Sequence record: OP172784
Strand: one strand, 5' to 3'
Source: Escherichia phage ECO07P1
Length of the DNA: 64,000 bases
The notes under the pieces were generated by a model, which was not told where the DNA came from, searched no databases, and saw only the letters and a program-made list of their open reading frames with translations. Shown here piece after piece: positions 41,189 to 51,420 of this stretch; within the stretch, counting starts at the first letter, position 1, and each line of letters opens with the position of its first letter. Position numbers and translations under genes: made by a program.

Positions 41189-43246
41189 ATGGAACTTATT
41201 ACAGAATTATTTGACGGCGCTTCGGCGCCGGTTGTTAACTTAAATCCTAAGCATAAAATACCTCAAATTTTCGCTATTCAAGCCGGTGAAGAAAGTGTGC
41301 TTCCTGGATTTAGATTTTGTACATACACCTCTGGCGGTGATACAAATAAAAACGTTAAGCCAGGCGATAAAATGATGCATATCGTAATGATAGGTGTTAA
41401 TGAGAAATTATCATTAGTTAAACTTAAAAACTTGGGTGGAAATCCAATTGGTGTTATTAATGCGGTTTTTGATACTGCTCTTCAAACAATGAAACAGTAT
41501 AAAATTGACGCATGCCTATTCCGCGTACTAAAAAGTAAAACAAATGGCGCAGCTCGTCAAATGCAAGTTATTGCTGACCGTTTAGTACGTACTAAAGGAG
41601 CAGGTCGATATGTTCTTTTAAAGGAAATCTGGGATTATGATAAAAAGTATGCATATATTATGGTTTACCGTAAAAATGCCAATTTAGAAGACATTCCAGG
41701 TGTACCTCCTATTTCAACTGAGTTATTCACAAAAGTTGAATCAAAGGTTGGTGATGTTTATGTAGATGTTAAAACAGGTAATGCTGTTCCTAAAGCTGTT
41801 GCTGTTGCTGCTTCTATTGCTTTAGAAAATGATAAGCGCACGGATCAAGCTGTTATTCAGAAAACTAAAATTAGTCGTCGATTAGCAGCGCAAGCTCAAT
41901 ATTCTACTGTAGATGCTTCGCTTCAGGGTGATAGCTTCGCTGCCAAGAAATATCAAGAGTTTGAATCTAAAGTTCCGGTATATAAAGCAGAAGGACCAAT
42001 GAACTCTGGCGTTATTCAGATTGGTTCAAACTTCAGCAAAGGAGCTATCGGTGGTATGAGAAGTGCTTCTCGTTTTAAATCTAGCGATTATGAACTAGAA
42101 AACTTCCGAAATCATATTGCATTGGCTCATGCGCGTTTACGTGATCCATCTATCAAGTTACAGAGCGATATAACATATCAAGGTTCTCAGGAATATTTAA
42201 AGAATAAAGAATTTTTTGATTATAAAACTGATAAAATTTTAAGCGATCTTGCTGACATTAATATTTCTAATAGCTTTGATGTTATTAAGAAAATCGTCAA
42301 TGATTTAGTTAAAGGTTCTAAAGCCACGCCAGACGAAAAGATAGCTATTGTTCAATTTGTCATGAATGGCATTTATAAATTGATTAATGAGTCTGCTTCT
42401 CAAGCGTATGAATATGCAAGTACCGAAGTACCCCCAAAAGGATTAACTCAGGCTGAGTCTGATGTAATTGAAGATTATTGTGCAGATTCATATGTTGAAA
42501 TGAACTCGTTCCTCTTGGGTAAACCAGATTCTACCCGTGAAGAATACATGGAACGAGCTATTAAACACATCGAGACGCTGGATTCTGCATTCGCCAAAGG
42601 ATCAGTTCTTCCTCCAGGAACTACGCTTTATCGTGGACAAGAAGTTACTTTTAAAACTTTACGCCATAATATTGAAAATAAAATGTTCTATTTCAAGAAC
42701 TTCGTATCAACATCGCTTAAACCAAATATCTTCGGTGAGTATGGTAAAAACTATATGGCCCTAGATGATTCTGGTGCAGTATTTTCTGGTGAAGGAGAAG
42801 GTTCAGTTGATGCTGAAGATTTAATGCATATGGGCAGTCACTCTGCTTACGCGAATGAAGATGCTGAAACTAGCGTGGGTATGGTAATTAAAGGGGCTGA
42901 GCGAATCAAAGTTATCGTTCCAGGTCATTTATCAGGATTTCCATCAGAAGCTGAAGTTATTCTACCGCGCGGAATTTTACTGAAGATTAATAAAGTAAGT
43001 ACGTACTTTATGAAAGAAACTGCTTATAACAAGTATCTAATAGAAGGTACAATCGTTCCTCCTTCTGAACAATTAGAGGAATCGGTATATGATGGCGACC
43101 ATCTAATGGAAACTGGCGAAGTTCGTCCAATGGCTGGATTTAATCAATTCCTTGTAGAAGAATCAAAAGAAGAGGAAAACGAAGTTTCTCAAATCTTAGC
43201 TTCTTTGGTTAACATTAACGGAATGTCTAAAAAGTTCAAAATGTAG
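41189..43246 (+). CDS. Alt-like ADP-ribosyltransferase paralog, copy 2
   Basis: 685 aa; same N-terminal MELITELFD, same signature (LYRGQ, FVSTSL, EAEVILPRG), conserved C-terminal ESVYDGDHLMETGEV; central ~200 aa divergent. Confidence 0.75.
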   Translation: MELITELFDGASAPVVNLNPKHKIPQIFAIQAGEESVLPGFRFCTYTSGGDTNKNVKPGDKMMHIVMIGVNEKLSLVKLKNLGGNPIGVINAVFDTALQTMKQYKIDACLFRVLKSKTNGAARQMQVIADRLVRTKGAGRYVLLKEIWDYDKKYAYIMVYRKNANLEDIPGVPPISTELFTKVESKVGDVYVDVKTGNAVPKAVAVAASIALENDKRTDQAVIQKTKISRRLAAQAQYSTVDASLQGDSFAAKKYQEFESKVPVYKAEGPMNSGVIQIGSNFSKGAIGGMRSASRFKSSDYELENFRNHIALAHARLRDPSIKLQSDITYQGSQEYLKNKEFFDYKTDKILSDLADINISNSFDVIKKIVNDLVKGSKATPDEKIAIVQFVMNGIYKLINESASQAYEYASTEVPPKGLTQAESDVIEDYCADSYVEMNSFLLGKPDSTREEYMERAIKHIETLDSAFAKGSVLPPGTTLYRGQEVTFKTLRHNIENKMFYFKNFVSTSLKPNIFGEYGKNYMALDDSGAVFSGEGEGSVDAEDLMHMGSHSAYANEDAETSVGMVIKGAERIKVIVPGHLSGFPSEAEVILPRGILLKINKVSTYFMKETAYNKYLIEGTIVPPSEQLEESVYDGDHLMETGEVRPMAGFNQFLVEESKEEENEVSQILASLVNINGMSKKFKM

Positions 43247-43300
43247 TTTACAAGTTCCTCATGTTGTGTTATAGTAGTCTTACTGACATAACATGAGGAA
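43246..43300 (+). promoter_or_regulatory. early promoter inside a long inverted repeat (cassette copy 2, near-identical to 28345..28398)
   Basis: GTTTAC 43246-43251, -10 tatagt; perfect 11-bp arms ttcctcatgtt (43255-43265) / aacatgaggaa (43290-43300); SD gagga in 3' arm. Confidence 0.6.
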
Positions 43301-43306
43301 CACAAA

Positions 43307-43597
43307 ATGAAATCTTCTTTGCGCTTTTTAGGTCAAGAACTTGTAGTTGAAGGCGTTATTCCTGCTGATAACGCTTTTAATGAAGCAGTTTACGATGAAT
43401 TTATCAAAATTTTTGGAACAGATAAAAAGTTCGGAATTTTTCCTTCTGAAAATTTTTCAAAGCCAGAACAGACTGAAAGTATTTTTCAGGGTGTGGTAAC
43501 AGGTAAATTTGAGTCAGAAGCTCCGGTAAAAATTGAAGTTTATATTGAAGACAGTTTAGTTGCTTCAGTTGCTGCTTTCATTTCATTCCGTAAATAA
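43307..43597 (+). CDS. hypothetical 96-aa protein with its own early promoter
   Basis: Track ORF; SD gagga within promoter-palindrome cassette. Confidence 0.5.
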   Translation: MKSSLRFLGQELVVEGVIPADNAFNEAVYDEFIKIFGTDKKFGIFPSENFSKPEQTESIFQGVVTGKFESEAPVKIEVYIEDSLVASVAAFISFRK

Positions 43598-43603
43598 AAA
43601 CAT

Positions 43604-43621
43604 GGGGACCGAAAGGTCCCC
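43604..43621. terminator. bidirectional terminator between convergent ORF 43307..43597 and gene 54
   Basis: ggggacc-gaaa-ggtcccc flanked by A/T runs on both sides. Confidence 0.65.
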
Positions 43622-43625
43622 ATTG

Positions 43626-44591
43626 TTATATTGCTCCTAATATTTTACTCTGCGAATTGACAATCCCTGTCATAGTATTAATGTTTGAAATGCTTCCTGC
43701 AGTTCCACCTAATCTACTAAGTCGTGAAAGCGAACTAGATAGTTCAGTAACACCTCCATTATTTCCAGAAGAGCTTTGAATACCATTTATAGCAGCAGAT
43801 TCAAGCCATTCAAGCGCAGCTTGTCTATCAACTGCTCCAGCCTGCATGACTCTATACGCAAAAGTAACATCAAATGTAGTTATTTGGTTATCTCCATCAT
43901 ATGATAACTCAGGAGCGCTCACTGACACTGGAATGCATCCGGTGAACATCACCGCAGTATGAGGCAATCCATTGCGAGAATGAAGATTAACTTGGATATC
44001 CGCCTCGACATCTTGCGGCAGAGCACGTAATCCAGTTACTGGGTCTTGAACAGCATTGACCCAGTCTTGCATTGCACGATAATTACACGACTCTGAATCC
44101 ATTCTAAATGAAATAACCAAAGGGTCTAATTCTCTCCCGGTTATGCGAATATTAGGAGAATTATAGTTCCAGTCAGTTTCATAAGATAATCTATTCTCTG
44201 GCATTTTTACAGAGTATATCATCAATCCAGATGAGTTATATGCCATGTTAAAGAAGTCAATTAAATATGTACCAACTGTAAATGAGCCTAATAAACTTTG
44301 AACTGTACGTTGACTCATTGCACCAATTAGATATTTACTGACTCCTGATTTTCTTGTCAGTTTTTGTGTTCCAGCAGTAATTAACGTTGTAATTCCCTGA
44401 TTAATATCGCCTTGGGTTAATCCTAACCAATCTGAATTTAGACCCAAGTTATTATAAGAAAAGTTGCTAATTGAACTTATCAACGAAGAGCTTTTAGTTG
44501 ATGGAGTTGTCGCAAAAACGCAGCTAAACATATTATTACGTTGAAAATCTGCGTTTATTGCTTGATTATTAAATTCCTCTAAAGAATACAT
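43626..44591 (-). CDS. 54: gp54 baseplate tail-tube initiator
   Basis: 321-aa ORF; gene order 54-48-29 as in T4. Confidence 0.8.
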   Translation of the reverse strand: MYSLEEFNNQAINADFQRNNMFSCVFATTPSTKSSSLISSISNFSYNNLGLNSDWLGLTQGDINQGITTLITAGTQKLTRKSGVSKYLIGAMSQRTVQSLLGSFTVGTYLIDFFNMAYNSSGLMIYSVKMPENRLSYETDWNYNSPNIRITGRELDPLVISFRMDSESCNYRAMQDWVNAVQDPVTGLRALPQDVEADIQVNLHSRNGLPHTAVMFTGCIPVSVSAPELSYDGDNQITTFDVTFAYRVMQAGAVDRQAALEWLESAAINGIQSSSGNNGGVTELSSSLSRLSRLGGTAGSISNINTMTGIVNSQSKILGAI

Positions 44592-45685
44592 TAAAAAGTC
44601 CCCGCATATAAAGAAGCACGGTTTAACGTAATAATTTCTCTCATAGTAATCTCGAGAGTAAATGTACTAGGGAGATTTGGTGCAATAGCTAATCCGTTAA
44701 AGTTACCGTTAGGTGTTTTATCAAATCTGATGCTCTGTATTTGGCATGGACCAAATATTTCCGTTTTTCCATCAAACTTAGATGTTGCACCAAAGTTTTT
44801 CACCATCCAAATCGTCGGGTTTGAAACTACTAGAACGTTAGTTAAACTCGATGTCATTTTCTCAAATAGTGTTTTATTTTTAGCCGCGTCTTCCGGAGAT
44901 AAAGGTTCAATTAACGTAGAACGATACCAATCATCTAAATACCCCTTTATTTCAGCGGCATATTGAGATTTACCCGTTTCACCATAAGAAAAATAGTTAA
45001 AATATTGATAGATATTAATAATAGCCATTAAATCTTCTGTTGAACGTGGCGTCAAATCCCATGTAAACACTTTAGTTCTATTCTCAGCACCGCCATACAT
45101 ACTTCTGGCTGTAGTATAAATCTGTTCATTATTATCAGCCATTATACCCTGTGTTATACTTTCCAGTGCCCCAAATACTGCAGTTGAAGCAATATTACTT
45201 AACACACCAGTAGCAGTACCTCCGCCTCTGCTGATAAGACTTTCTTGAACATCATTAAATCTATGTGATGATGTATCAACATCGGATTTAGATCTTGGTA
45301 AAAGAATATTTGCAACAGGGGCTTTACTTATTGTTCCTGAATTATTATCTGATATTAATCCATTTGACAGTTTTGATACTGTATTACTGATAGTGTTTCT
45401 GGCTGTACGTAAAATACTCGAAGATGAAGAAGAGTAGTTAGATCTCATCGATCTAAGACTTCCAGAATCCCTAGATGACATATTGTATGCAGTAAATAAT
45501 AATCCATTCTTATATAGATCTGTTACCTGGAAGTCCCCTGTAGTGTCATTACCACTAGCACGCCCAGTTGGAAACTGGGCTGTGTATGTTTTAATTCCTA
45601 CTTCTGATTTAGTGCTTTGTCCGGCTGAAATTGTCTCACCGGATTTTTTAATTAAATCAGCAGTTATTTCTTTAACAATTGCCAT
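44591..45685 (-). CDS. 48: gp48 baseplate tail-tube cap
   Basis: 364-aa ORF; position. Confidence 0.8.
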   Translation of the reverse strand: MAIVKEITADLIKKSGETISAGQSTKSEVGIKTYTAQFPTGRASGNDTTGDFQVTDLYKNGLLFTAYNMSSRDSGSLRSMRSNYSSSSSSILRTARNTISNTVSKLSNGLISDNNSGTISKAPVANILLPRSKSDVDTSSHRFNDVQESLISRGGGTATGVLSNIASTAVFGALESITQGIMADNNEQIYTTARSMYGGAENRTKVFTWDLTPRSTEDLMAIINIYQYFNYFSYGETGKSQYAAEIKGYLDDWYRSTLIEPLSPEDAAKNKTLFEKMTSSLTNVLVVSNPTIWMVKNFGATSKFDGKTEIFGPCQIQSIRFDKTPNGNFNGLAIAPNLPSTFTLEITMREIITLNRASLYAGTF

Positions 45686-45693
45686 ATTATTCC

Positions 45694-47466
45694 TTAATTA
45701 ACTCCAGTCGCATCAAATACACCAGGAGCAGTCGTACTCGTTACGGGTGTCATATTATGAACGACAGTATTTTTCTTAATAACATTATTAGTATTATTGA
45801 TTGAAGGAGATGCTTGTTGAACAGGAGCTTGCTGTGCTTTGTTCTTTTCAATCACCTGAACCTGTTTCGCTTCCGGTGATTTAGCAGAAGTTTCAGGTTT
45901 GGCATTAGGCTGATTTTTCTTGAGCTCTTGATAAGTAGCATCAATTTTAGAAAATCTAGCAGCAAGTTCTTTTTTAACTGCCGGTGAATTATTTAAATCC
46001 GGGTCATCCATCCGTTTTTTAAGGTCTTCATAGGCAGCTTCAACTGATTTAACAGTTGAGTCTTTACTCATATCAGCTGAATCAGCATATTTTTCAAAAC
46101 GAATCATCGCGGCACGAGCTTCATTGGCCTTCATTAAAGCATTTTTTCTTTCTTCAGGTGAAAGCTGCTTTAATTTTTCTTCTTCTGCTGCACGTTCTTC
46201 GTCAGTAGTCAGTGCTTCTTTATTATCTACACCACGAATCCAGTTAGATGCACGAGTTTTCCAGTTAGAGATTTTGTCTAGTCCTTCTGCTATTGGGCCA
46301 ATGTCTCCATTCATTCGTTTATCTTGATAATTTGCTACTTTTTCTTGGTCTTCTTTATTGAGAGACGCTCCAGTAGAATTTTGGAAATTTTCTAGTGCTC
46401 TTCCTTCTACTTCATCTGCAGTGTCTTTCATACCAGGAATGACTCGAAGGATTGCTGCAGATAATTTAGCCATTCCAAGCTGAATAAGTTCTCCTAAATT
46501 ATAAAGAACCTTTCCAAGCCCTTCTACAATAGCTACCGTCAAACCGCCCCAATCTCCCTCTTCCCAGAATTTTTTAATTTCATCAATAGAACTAAAGATG
46601 CTCTGTAATAAAGGACCCCATGTTCCTGTTTCACTAGAGAATTTAGTAAAGTCTGTACTAAATAAATCCCATGCCTGCGAAAATTTATCTGACCAATATT
46701 TGAAATGAACCATCAACAGGTCTATTCCGACAACAACAGCCAATATCATTGCTGTCATTTTAGCAGCTTCAATAGCAGCACTGACGGTATACTTAAATAG
46801 CATGCTTGATATTTTATCAGTAATTGAAATAGATTTCTTAAATCCGAAATCAACAGTCTTTGTTAATTTATCTAAAGCTTGAGATAATTTTAAGTTAAAT
46901 GTGTCTTTTTTCTGTTTTTCTTCTGGCGATTCTTGTTTAGGTTCAACTGGCTGAGGGGTAGGGAAAAAATCAGCATCAGGATCATTATTAACTGCTTCAG
47001 GAGCTGGTAATAAAGGACCCACAGATTCAGCTGTATCGTCCTCAACAACTTTAACAGGAATAGCGCTTTCAACCGTGGCTAAACTAGTTCCTGTTTGTTG
47101 AATTCCAGCTGTCTGAATTTTTTGCTCCAGTAAACTTGTTAATTTATCTAATTTGCTCCCGAGCGATTCACCGATTTCTTTATTAATATTATTGCCAATT
47201 TCGACAGTTTCAGCAATTAACTCAGAACCAGCAGTAGTATCACTCACTGCGCTTTCTACGTTGTCAATTGCTCCAATTATTTCATTCGATTTTTCTTCGA
47301 CAGTTTGAGCAATTAATTCAGACGCAGCTTGAGCATCATCCAATTTCGTAGATATATCGTTAAGTCCAGATAAAGTGTTAGAAGCGGATTTAGCCGCTTC
47401 CTGTGTTGGTTTATTATCTGAAATAACTTTTCTACGCATCGTTTGCATTTCTTGTGGCTTTTTCAT
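45694..47466 (-). CDS. 29: gp29 tail length tape-measure / baseplate hub protein
   Basis: 590-aa ORF with extended low-complexity helical regions. Confidence 0.8.
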   Translation of the reverse strand: MKKPQEMQTMRRKVISDNKPTQEAAKSASNTLSGLNDISTKLDDAQAASELIAQTVEEKSNEIIGAIDNVESAVSDTTAGSELIAETVEIGNNINKEIGESLGSKLDKLTSLLEQKIQTAGIQQTGTSLATVESAIPVKVVEDDTAESVGPLLPAPEAVNNDPDADFFPTPQPVEPKQESPEEKQKKDTFNLKLSQALDKLTKTVDFGFKKSISITDKISSMLFKYTVSAAIEAAKMTAMILAVVVGIDLLMVHFKYWSDKFSQAWDLFSTDFTKFSSETGTWGPLLQSIFSSIDEIKKFWEEGDWGGLTVAIVEGLGKVLYNLGELIQLGMAKLSAAILRVIPGMKDTADEVEGRALENFQNSTGASLNKEDQEKVANYQDKRMNGDIGPIAEGLDKISNWKTRASNWIRGVDNKEALTTDEERAAEEEKLKQLSPEERKNALMKANEARAAMIRFEKYADSADMSKDSTVKSVEAAYEDLKKRMDDPDLNNSPAVKKELAARFSKIDATYQELKKNQPNAKPETSAKSPEAKQVQVIEKNKAQQAPVQQASPSINNTNNVIKKNTVVHNMTPVTSTTAPGVFDATGVN

Positions 47467-47996
47467 TCAAATAATCCAATAATATTGCCAATTCCGGTTA
47501 TTGGACCATTAGGGCCAGGAATTGCTAAAGTTGTAAAAATATCATTTGCCCATTTTAAAACGAATGCTGGCATCTCAAGAAAATTAATTTCTTTAACTTC
47601 ATCATTGACCTTAAGCAAGCATTTGGATAACATATCGCTCACAGTTAAAAATTGTTCAAATTTTCCAGGCGGTCTAAAATAAAATGTATTTCCTTGGTAT
47701 TGAAATTCTAATCTTTGGCATACATAAACATCATTAATGTCATAAGTATAACCATCTATTTCTTTACGAGATTTAATCTTTCCATTAAATTCCAATAAAT
47801 GAATAGAAACGAAATCAACTTCTGCCGGTGATAAATTCGGACAAATAGAATCAATAAGAAGTTTTAAATTTTCATCAGGACCTTTAACATCTTTTAAAAT
47901 GTTATAATGTTTAAGACCCATTTTAGGAATAGAAACTTCTTTATTGCTTATTGGAAGAACTACTTTCTTCAGTGGTAGTATCAGATTTAAATTCAT
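47463..47996 (-). CDS. 28: gp28 baseplate hub distal subunit
   Basis: 177-aa ORF; 5' end overlaps gene 27 3' end by 56 nt. Confidence 0.7.
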   Translation of the reverse strand: MNLNLILPLKKVVLPISNKEVSIPKMGLKHYNILKDVKGPDENLKLLIDSICPNLSPAEVDFVSIHLLEFNGKIKSRKEIDGYTYDINDVYVCQRLEFQYQGNTFYFRPPGKFEQFLTVSDMLSKCLLKVNDEVKEINFLEMPAFVLKWANDIFTTLAIPGPNGPITGIGNIIGLFE

Positions 47997-49116
47997 TTTT
48001 AACCTTAACTGGGTCTATTGTTTCCAGTTTCGTTGCATTAGTGAACATATATAAATGAGTTACTGAATTATTATTTGATAATTCATGGATAACTTCATCA
48101 ACGTAAAATTCTGTTTTAAATTGGTTTTTACTATCATTAAAAATAATTTTAACTCCAGGTGTCAAGTTAAAATTACCGACAGTAGAACATTTAGCATAAC
48201 CATCGTATTGTGCCATAGTTTGAAGACGAATAGCTTCTTCATATCCATTCCTATAAGTCATTTCAGAATAAGCGCCTGACCTTGACACCACAATAGAGTT
48301 TTCACCCTTTCCTGTAGTAATCATTGGTATTGAAGAATCTAAAAATGAATGCGCATAGATAGTAGCGTTTTTCATTGGGTCACGTTTGTGAGGATTCGAT
48401 TTAGTCAACCAAACAAAATCATATGCTAATGGATATTTTAATTCTTGGATGAATTGACCTATTAAAGATGGTTCACCGACAATCATTGGATATGGTTCTT
48501 GATTTATCATCATATCATAGTCCATCATGTTAACTCCCATGATGTCTTGCCACACAAATACAAATTTGTCGCTTCCTACAGCTAGACCAACTTCTCTTAC
48601 ATAGGACAAATAATTTTCAAATGTACTAGTCCATGGAATATCAGGAACATAAGCATTTATAGCATTTATTGCTGGAGTTAATAATGTGCGGTCTTGATAA
48701 ATGACGCCAAGCATTTCCTTTATAGATTCACCTGCATCAGGGAAAAACGGTCTGCCAAATTTAAGATTTTCTATAGAATGAATAGTTCCCAATTCAATAG
48801 CAATGATGTTATCACCCTTTGAATCTACTGACACGGAAAAATGCTTACATCCATAAATTCGTGTTTTAACATTATTAATATCGTTTGCATTAGCTACAGA
48901 AATCTGAATTATTTCATTTCCATCCATTTTTGTATGGATATTTTTAGAATCATAAAACTGCAGCATTCCTTCATTTCGGCCATAAAGAGAATCCCGCATA
49001 GTTAATGTGGTAATAGTAGCAGCTAATTCAACAAATCTATTATTACTCCAAGCGTCGTAACTATCAAACAATTTAACGCTGAGATTTGGATATCCTGGGC
49101 GTTGCAGCATACTCAT
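47941..49116 (-). CDS. 27: gp27 baseplate hub subunit
   Basis: 391-aa ORF; position between 51 and 28. Confidence 0.85.
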   Translation of the reverse strand: MSMLQRPGYPNLSVKLFDSYDAWSNNRFVELAATITTLTMRDSLYGRNEGMLQFYDSKNIHTKMDGNEIIQISVANANDINNVKTRIYGCKHFSVSVDSKGDNIIAIELGTIHSIENLKFGRPFFPDAGESIKEMLGVIYQDRTLLTPAINAINAYVPDIPWTSTFENYLSYVREVGLAVGSDKFVFVWQDIMGVNMMDYDMMINQEPYPMIVGEPSLIGQFIQELKYPLAYDFVWLTKSNPHKRDPMKNATIYAHSFLDSSIPMITTGKGENSIVVSRSGAYSEMTYRNGYEEAIRLQTMAQYDGYAKCSTVGNFNLTPGVKIIFNDSKNQFKTEFYVDEVIHELSNNNSVTHLYMFTNATKLETIDPVKVKNEFKSDTTTEESSSSNKQ

Positions 49117-49865
49117 TATTGTTTATCCTTCTCAATCAGTTTTAATACGAATCCGCGCTCGGCAGGAATCATTTTCATTATTGAATTTAAGCTATAATTA
49201 CTTTTTACGAGCGTGTGATTAATTTGATAAAAAGTAAATATTTCATCTGGGTTAACTAATAGCTTAAACACATCTACTATATCAGTGTATTTTTTTACAT
49301 ACTTATTACAACACGACATATGCAATGTTAAATTAATAGGATTCATTGCATCGAGAATTTTTTCTAGTGTTTCTATCTCGATGGCGTCAACTAGTTCTAT
49401 TTGACTGGACTCGCTAATTTCCTTCCAATCATACCATGTTTCATCTACTTGAACAGAATGAATATTTTCAGTAATCATCTTTGCTTTATTTTCATAAAAC
49501 TCAGAAGGAAACTTTAATTTAATTTTAACATTAGCTACATCAAAAACAGGTTCCTTTAATTCTTTTTGATATATTTCAAATGGAACTGTCTTTTCTTTTT
49601 TACATTTTGGACACACAAATGTGACTGGTACTTTAGTTTTACCTATTGACCCTACAAATACCTGCAAAAATATAAATGGTTGCCAAGTCTTCGGATAGTC
49701 TCCAAAATAATCAGCAATTAAATCAGCAATTATTTCTTTTTGTTCTTGTGGTGATCGATGTTCTATATCGTTTCGAACTAACAAAAAATCTCGATAATCT
49801 TCTACCGTAAATGGTTTAAAACGATGAACACCATCTGGTAATTTACAACGAATAATGTTTGCCAT
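49116..49865 (-). CDS. 51: gp51 baseplate hub assembly catalyst
   Basis: 249-aa ORF with CxxC pairs; late promoter upstream; divergent from gene 26. Confidence 0.8.
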   Translation of the reverse strand: MANIIRCKLPDGVHRFKPFTVEDYRDFLLVRNDIEHRSPQEQKEIIADLIADYFGDYPKTWQPFIFLQVFVGSIGKTKVPVTFVCPKCKKEKTVPFEIYQKELKEPVFDVANVKIKLKFPSEFYENKAKMITENIHSVQVDETWYDWKEISESSQIELVDAIEIETLEKILDAMNPINLTLHMSCCNKYVKKYTDIVDVFKLLVNPDEIFTFYQINHTLVKSNYSLNSIMKMIPAERGFVLKLIEKDKQ

Positions 49866-49882
49866 AGATGCTCCTTTTATTC

Positions 49883-49890
49883 TATTTATA
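49883..49890 (-). promoter_or_regulatory. late promoter for gene 51
   Basis: + strand tatttata 18 nt upstream of gene 51 start. Confidence 0.65.
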
Positions 49891-49894
49891 AATA
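49887..49894 (+). promoter_or_regulatory. late promoter for gene 26 (overlaps the divergent gene 51 promoter)
   Basis: tataaata 22 nt upstream of gene 26 ATG. Confidence 0.65.
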
Positions 49895-49915
49895 TGATAA
49901 ATAAAGGAGCTAAAT

Positions 49916-50542
49916 ATGTATGAATACAAATTTGACGTGAGAGTTGGTTCTAAAATAATCAACTGTCGTGCATTTACTCTTAAAGAATATCTAGAACTTA
50001 TTACTGCTAAAAAGAACGGTTCAGTAGAAGAGATCGTTAAAAAGCTAATTAAAGACTGTACAAATGCAAAAGATTTAAACCGTCAAGAATCAGAGCTACT
50101 GTTGATTCATTTATGGGCGCATTCTCTTGGAGAAGTTAATCACGAAAACTCCTGGAAGTGCACCTGTGGAACTGAAATACCAACCCATATAAATCTATTA
50201 CATACGCAAATAGATGCACCAGAAGACCTCTGGTATACACTGGGTGACATTAAAATTAAGTTCCATTACCCTAAAATTTTTGATGATAAAAATATAGCCC
50301 ACATGATAGTATCATGTATAGAAACGATTCATGCTAACGGTGAAAGCATTCCAATTGAAGACTTGAATGAAAAAGAGTTGGAAGATTTATATTCTATCAT
50401 CACAGAGTCAGATATTGTAGCTATAAAAGATATGCTTTTAAAGCCTACTGTTTATTTGGCTGTTCCGATTAAATGTCCAGAGTGTGGAAAATCTCACGCT
50501 CATGTAATAAGAGGACTCAAAGAATTCTTTGAGCTATTGTAA
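49916..50542 (+). CDS. 26: gp26 baseplate hub subunit
   Basis: 208-aa ORF; late promoter upstream. Confidence 0.8.
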   Translation: MYEYKFDVRVGSKIINCRAFTLKEYLELITAKKNGSVEEIVKKLIKDCTNAKDLNRQESELLLIHLWAHSLGEVNHENSWKCTCGTEIPTHINLLHTQIDAPEDLWYTLGDIKIKFHYPKIFDDKNIAHMIVSCIETIHANGESIPIEDLNEKELEDLYSIITESDIVAIKDMLLKPTVYLAVPIKCPECGKSHAHVIRGLKEFFELL

Positions 50543-50940
50543 TGGCAAATATTAATAAGCTTTATTCTGACATTGACCCAGAAATGAAAATGGATTGGGA
50601 CAAAGATGTTTCTAGATCTCTTGGATTAAGGTCAATTAAAAATAGCCTTTTAGGAATTATTACAACCAGAAAAGGGTCGAGACCATTTGACCCGGAATTT
50701 GGATGTGATTTATCTGATCAGCTTTTTGAGAATATGACTCCTCTTACTGCTGATACTGTTGAGCGTAACATTGAAAGCGCAGTAAGAAACTACGAGCCAC
50801 GTATTGATAAATTAGCAGTTAATGTAATACCGGTTTATGATGATTATACTCTGATAGTAGAAATACGCTTTTCGGTCATCGATAACCCTGATGATATTGA
50901 GCAGATAAAATTGCAACTGGCTTCCAGTAACAGAGTATAA
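50542..50940 (+). CDS. 25: gp25 baseplate wedge protein
   Basis: 132-aa ORF; ATGA-coupled to gene 26. Confidence 0.85.
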   Translation: MANINKLYSDIDPEMKMDWDKDVSRSLGLRSIKNSLLGIITTRKGSRPFDPEFGCDLSDQLFENMTPLTADTVERNIESAVRNYEPRIDKLAVNVIPVYDDYTLIVEIRFSVIDNPDDIEQIKLQLASSNRV

Positions 50941-50966
50941 TGCTTCACGTATAAACGTGGTATAAT
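50941..50966 (+). promoter_or_regulatory. MotA-dependent middle promoter upstream of uvsY
   Basis: MotA box aaTGCTTcA (50939-50947) about 18 nt upstream of TG-extended -10 gtggTATAAT (50961-50966). Confidence 0.65.
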
Positions 50967-51006
50967 GAATCTAAGTCCATCCAATAACAATTGAATAGAG
51001 AACAAT

Positions 51007-51420
51007 ATGAAATTAGAAGATCTTCAAGAAGAATTGAAGAAAGATGTGTTTATAGATTCGACTAAATTACAGTATGAAGCAGCTAATAATGTGATGTTAT
51101 ATAGTAAATGGCTTAATAAGCATTCAAGTATTAAAAAGGAAATGCTTAGAATTGACGCACAGAAAAAAGTTGCTCTTAAAGCTAAATTAGACTACTACTC
51201 GGGACGAGGAGATGGTGATGAATTTAGTATGGATCGTTATGAGAAATCAGAAATGAAGACAGTTCTATCAGCTGATAAGGATGTTTTAAAAGTTGATACT
51301 TCATTACAATATTGGGGAATTTTATTGGATTTTTGTAGCGGAGCTCTTGATGCTATTAAATCACGTGGATTTGCTATTAAGCATATTCAAGACATGCGAG
51401 CATTTGAGGCTGGAAAATAA
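51007..51420 (+). CDS. uvsY: UvsY recombination mediator
   Basis: 137-aa ORF with MotA-dependent middle promoter upstream. Confidence 0.9.
   Translation: MKLEDLQEELKKDVFIDSTKLQYEAANNVMLYSKWLNKHSSIKKEMLRIDAQKKVALKAKLDYYSGRGDGDEFSMDRYEKSEMKTVLSADKDVLKVDTSLQYWGILLDFCSGALDAIKSRGFAIKHIQDMRAFEAGK

Noticed and set aside
39092-43246. Possibility that the tandem alt-like genes are an assembly duplication artefact
   Set aside because: The two copies differ throughout at the nucleotide level and are largely unrelated across about 200 central codons; this is a diverged paralog pair, not a collapsed or duplicated repeat.
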